In this document: piece by piece, positions 63,549-64,000 of the stretch | Layout of the letters: each line of letters begins with the position of its first letter | Position numbering within the stretch: the stretch's first letter is position 1 | Origin: Parasitella parasitica NRRL 2501 | Taxonomy: Eukaryota; Fungi; Mucoromycota | Assembly (NCBI GenBank): GCA_025201805.1 | Contig: MU619267.1 | Span: 1-64,000, forward strand | Direction: 5' to 3' | DNA: 64,000 nt | The notes under the pieces: model-generated | What the model saw: only the letters and a program-made list of their open reading frames with translations | Database searches by the model: none | Told to the model about the DNA's origin: nothing | Position numbers and translations under genes: made by a program

Positions 63549-64000
63549 TTTTAGTATAAATGAAAAAGAAAGATATATCAATGTGCCGTGTCAAAAGAAA
63601 AATTTTAACATCTCTTTACGATAGTCACTAAATTTGCTTGAGTTTTAATACCTACATCTTGTCAAACTTGGTTGTAACATTGAATTATCTTTTTCTACCT
63701 TCAATTGCATTTTGTTATGACTGGAACTGAACAGAACGAACGTATACTTATTTCTGCACCTGGAAAAGTAATTTTATTCGGTGAACACTCGGTTGTTCAT
63801 CAAAAGGTAATAGCACATTGCTTCTACGCGAAAGCATAGATTAATTAATAATATAATAGACTGCAGTTGCCGCATCATTAGGGCTGAAATCCTACCTTTT
63901 TCTTGAGAAAAGAAAAGACGATTTGATCCAACTTGTTTTACCTGATGTCAATATTGAGAGAAACTGGAAATTAAGCGATATACCATTGAGATACGAATAT

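Noticed and set aside
1-64000. CRISPR arrays, rRNA, prokaryotic operons or endosymbiont-derived inserts
   Set aside because: No repeat-spacer pattern or rRNA motifs, and the gene content and spliceosomal introns are eukaryotic

Overview
Eukaryotic genomic DNA from a draft assembly (two N gaps), almost certainly a Mucorales fungus (Mucor/Parasitella-like; inferred from AT-rich composition, ~50-130 nt GT-AG introns, velvet, Chs4-like and Trk genes, and typical repeat families). The window holds about 22 intron-containing or single-exon protein genes. These include an Azf1-like C2H2 factor, a Cdh1-type APC/C activator, a G-patch protein, PP2A-B55, a PPR protein, a Trk K+ transporter, PP1 inhibitor-2, a Sel1/Chs4-like protein, TMEM14, an Ash1-like GATA factor, START, TBC Rab-GAP, velvet, GT49, CYSTM, a fucosyltransferase-like protein, sphingosine kinase, DUF1279, an SV2-like MFS transporter and RPS20. 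There is also a U6 snRNA gene, a tRNA-like remnant and several decayed mobile elements (Tc1/IS630, Helitron, DIRS tyrosine recombinase). The most notable items are: (1) a spliced NADAR-domain + Sin3-type PAH-domain fusion gene next to the U6 gene; (2) a decayed serine-recombinase-like element missing from the ORF track, whose 3' flank is repeated elsewhere in the window; (3) a stand-alone INTS14-like protein lacking the vWA domain; (4) an intact PD-(D/E)xK-nuclease-like gene with a decayed relative nearby; (5) a U6 with an extra 3' UNCG hairpin; (6) an Ash1-like GATA finger with a 32-residue loop. All family calls come from motif recognition by eye, not from database searches, and exon borders were read manually.
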